A stretch of DNA of 64,000 nt from Torpedo marmorata (lineage: Eukaryota), in contig OZ360231.1 in assembly GCA_977017645.1 (NCBI GenBank), positions 86,304,001 to 86,368,000 of the forward strand, in the 5' to 3' direction. The position numbers were made by a program, and so were the translations under genes. Positions 63,370-64,000 of this stretch are shown in pieces. The notes below the pieces were generated by a model. It had not been told where the DNA came from, did not search any database, and was given only the letters and a program-made list of their open reading frames with translations. Each line of letters starts with the position of its first letter. The first letter of the stretch is position 1.

Positions 63370-64000
63370 TGTTACAAATTCAAACCAGCAACGACAGAAG
63401 ACGCAATGCAAAAGGGGTAAAATTGAAATTACTATTTATTAAACACAAGTAAACATATAATTTCACAACAATTAACCCCACTATAAACGTCTATAAACTC
63501 TATTCTTATCTAAAAGGTGTATGTGTGTGTGTGTAAAGCCCAGACCATTACAGTCTGTGCCCAACCCTTATGTAAAAATGGAAAAACTTTCCCCAAAAAC
63601 CCCAGGTCAGTCATAAAAAACAAGTCAGTCAAAAAAACAAAAGAATAATTCAGTCCACAAGATTCACTCTCTTAAGTTCAGGCTTCAATTCAGCTGTGTC
63701 TGGTAGAAGTACTTCTGAATGAACGTTGGAGAGAGACAATGACTGTTTATGCTTACAAATACTTGTTTTCTTCTCTGATGACGTCCCCTTCTTGTAGGTT
63801 CATAAGGATTGCAAGTTCCAGATCAGTATACCACTGATTTAGGCGTGTGCTTGAATCTCACAGCTAGTCTCGTTGATCTCACGCCTGTTCTCCACAGAAG
63901 TTGCTTTTTCCCAGAATTTCTCTGAGACAGGAGGCCATGTGCTATTTTGCCAGATTTTCCTCCTCTGACTTTGCACACGCCTGGATTTGGCTGTGTCTTG
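63370..64000 (-). repeat. Third LTR of the same Gmr1-like family, cut by the window edge
   Basis: Starts tgttacaaattcaaaccagc and is collinear with 56091 onward, with small indels. Confidence 0.92.

Noticed and set aside
1-64000. CRISPR arrays, retrons, DGRs or other prokaryotic RT systems
   Set aside because: No repeat-spacer arrays or operons are present; all RTs are eukaryotic LINE, PLE or LTR types.

Overview
Eukaryotic (vertebrate) genomic DNA, most likely a cartilaginous fish such as a ray or shark. This is inferred from HE1/V-SINE-type SINEs, CR1 (HER1-like) LINEs, Rex1/Babar LINEs and fish-type L1s. Most of the window is nested transposable elements, and no host gene can be confidently identified; there are only a few weak exon candidates. 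Main contents: (i) Penelope-like elements (PLE; GIY-YIG endonuclease) and about 10 pseudo-LTR (pLTR) segments with minimal hammerhead-ribozyme-like motifs, including a pLTR-spacer-pLTR mini-element and a TSD-flanked foldback element; (ii) seven L1-clade LINE insertions from two families, all with readable TSDs, one of them full length; (iii) two Rex1/Babar families; (iv) Tx1, CR1, L2 and RTE relics; (v) a young Gmr1-type Gypsy element (SCAN-like gag, PR-IN-RT-RH order, tRNA-Pro PBS, ~99% identical LTRs, RT core deleted) and a third LTR; (vi) a solo LTR, a Chapaev3-like DNA transposon derivative and a Harbinger-like MITE; (vii) several local repair scars (inverted, tandem and templated duplications, and a telomeric-repeat insertion). 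All calls come from reading the sequence and the ORF track; no database search was run.
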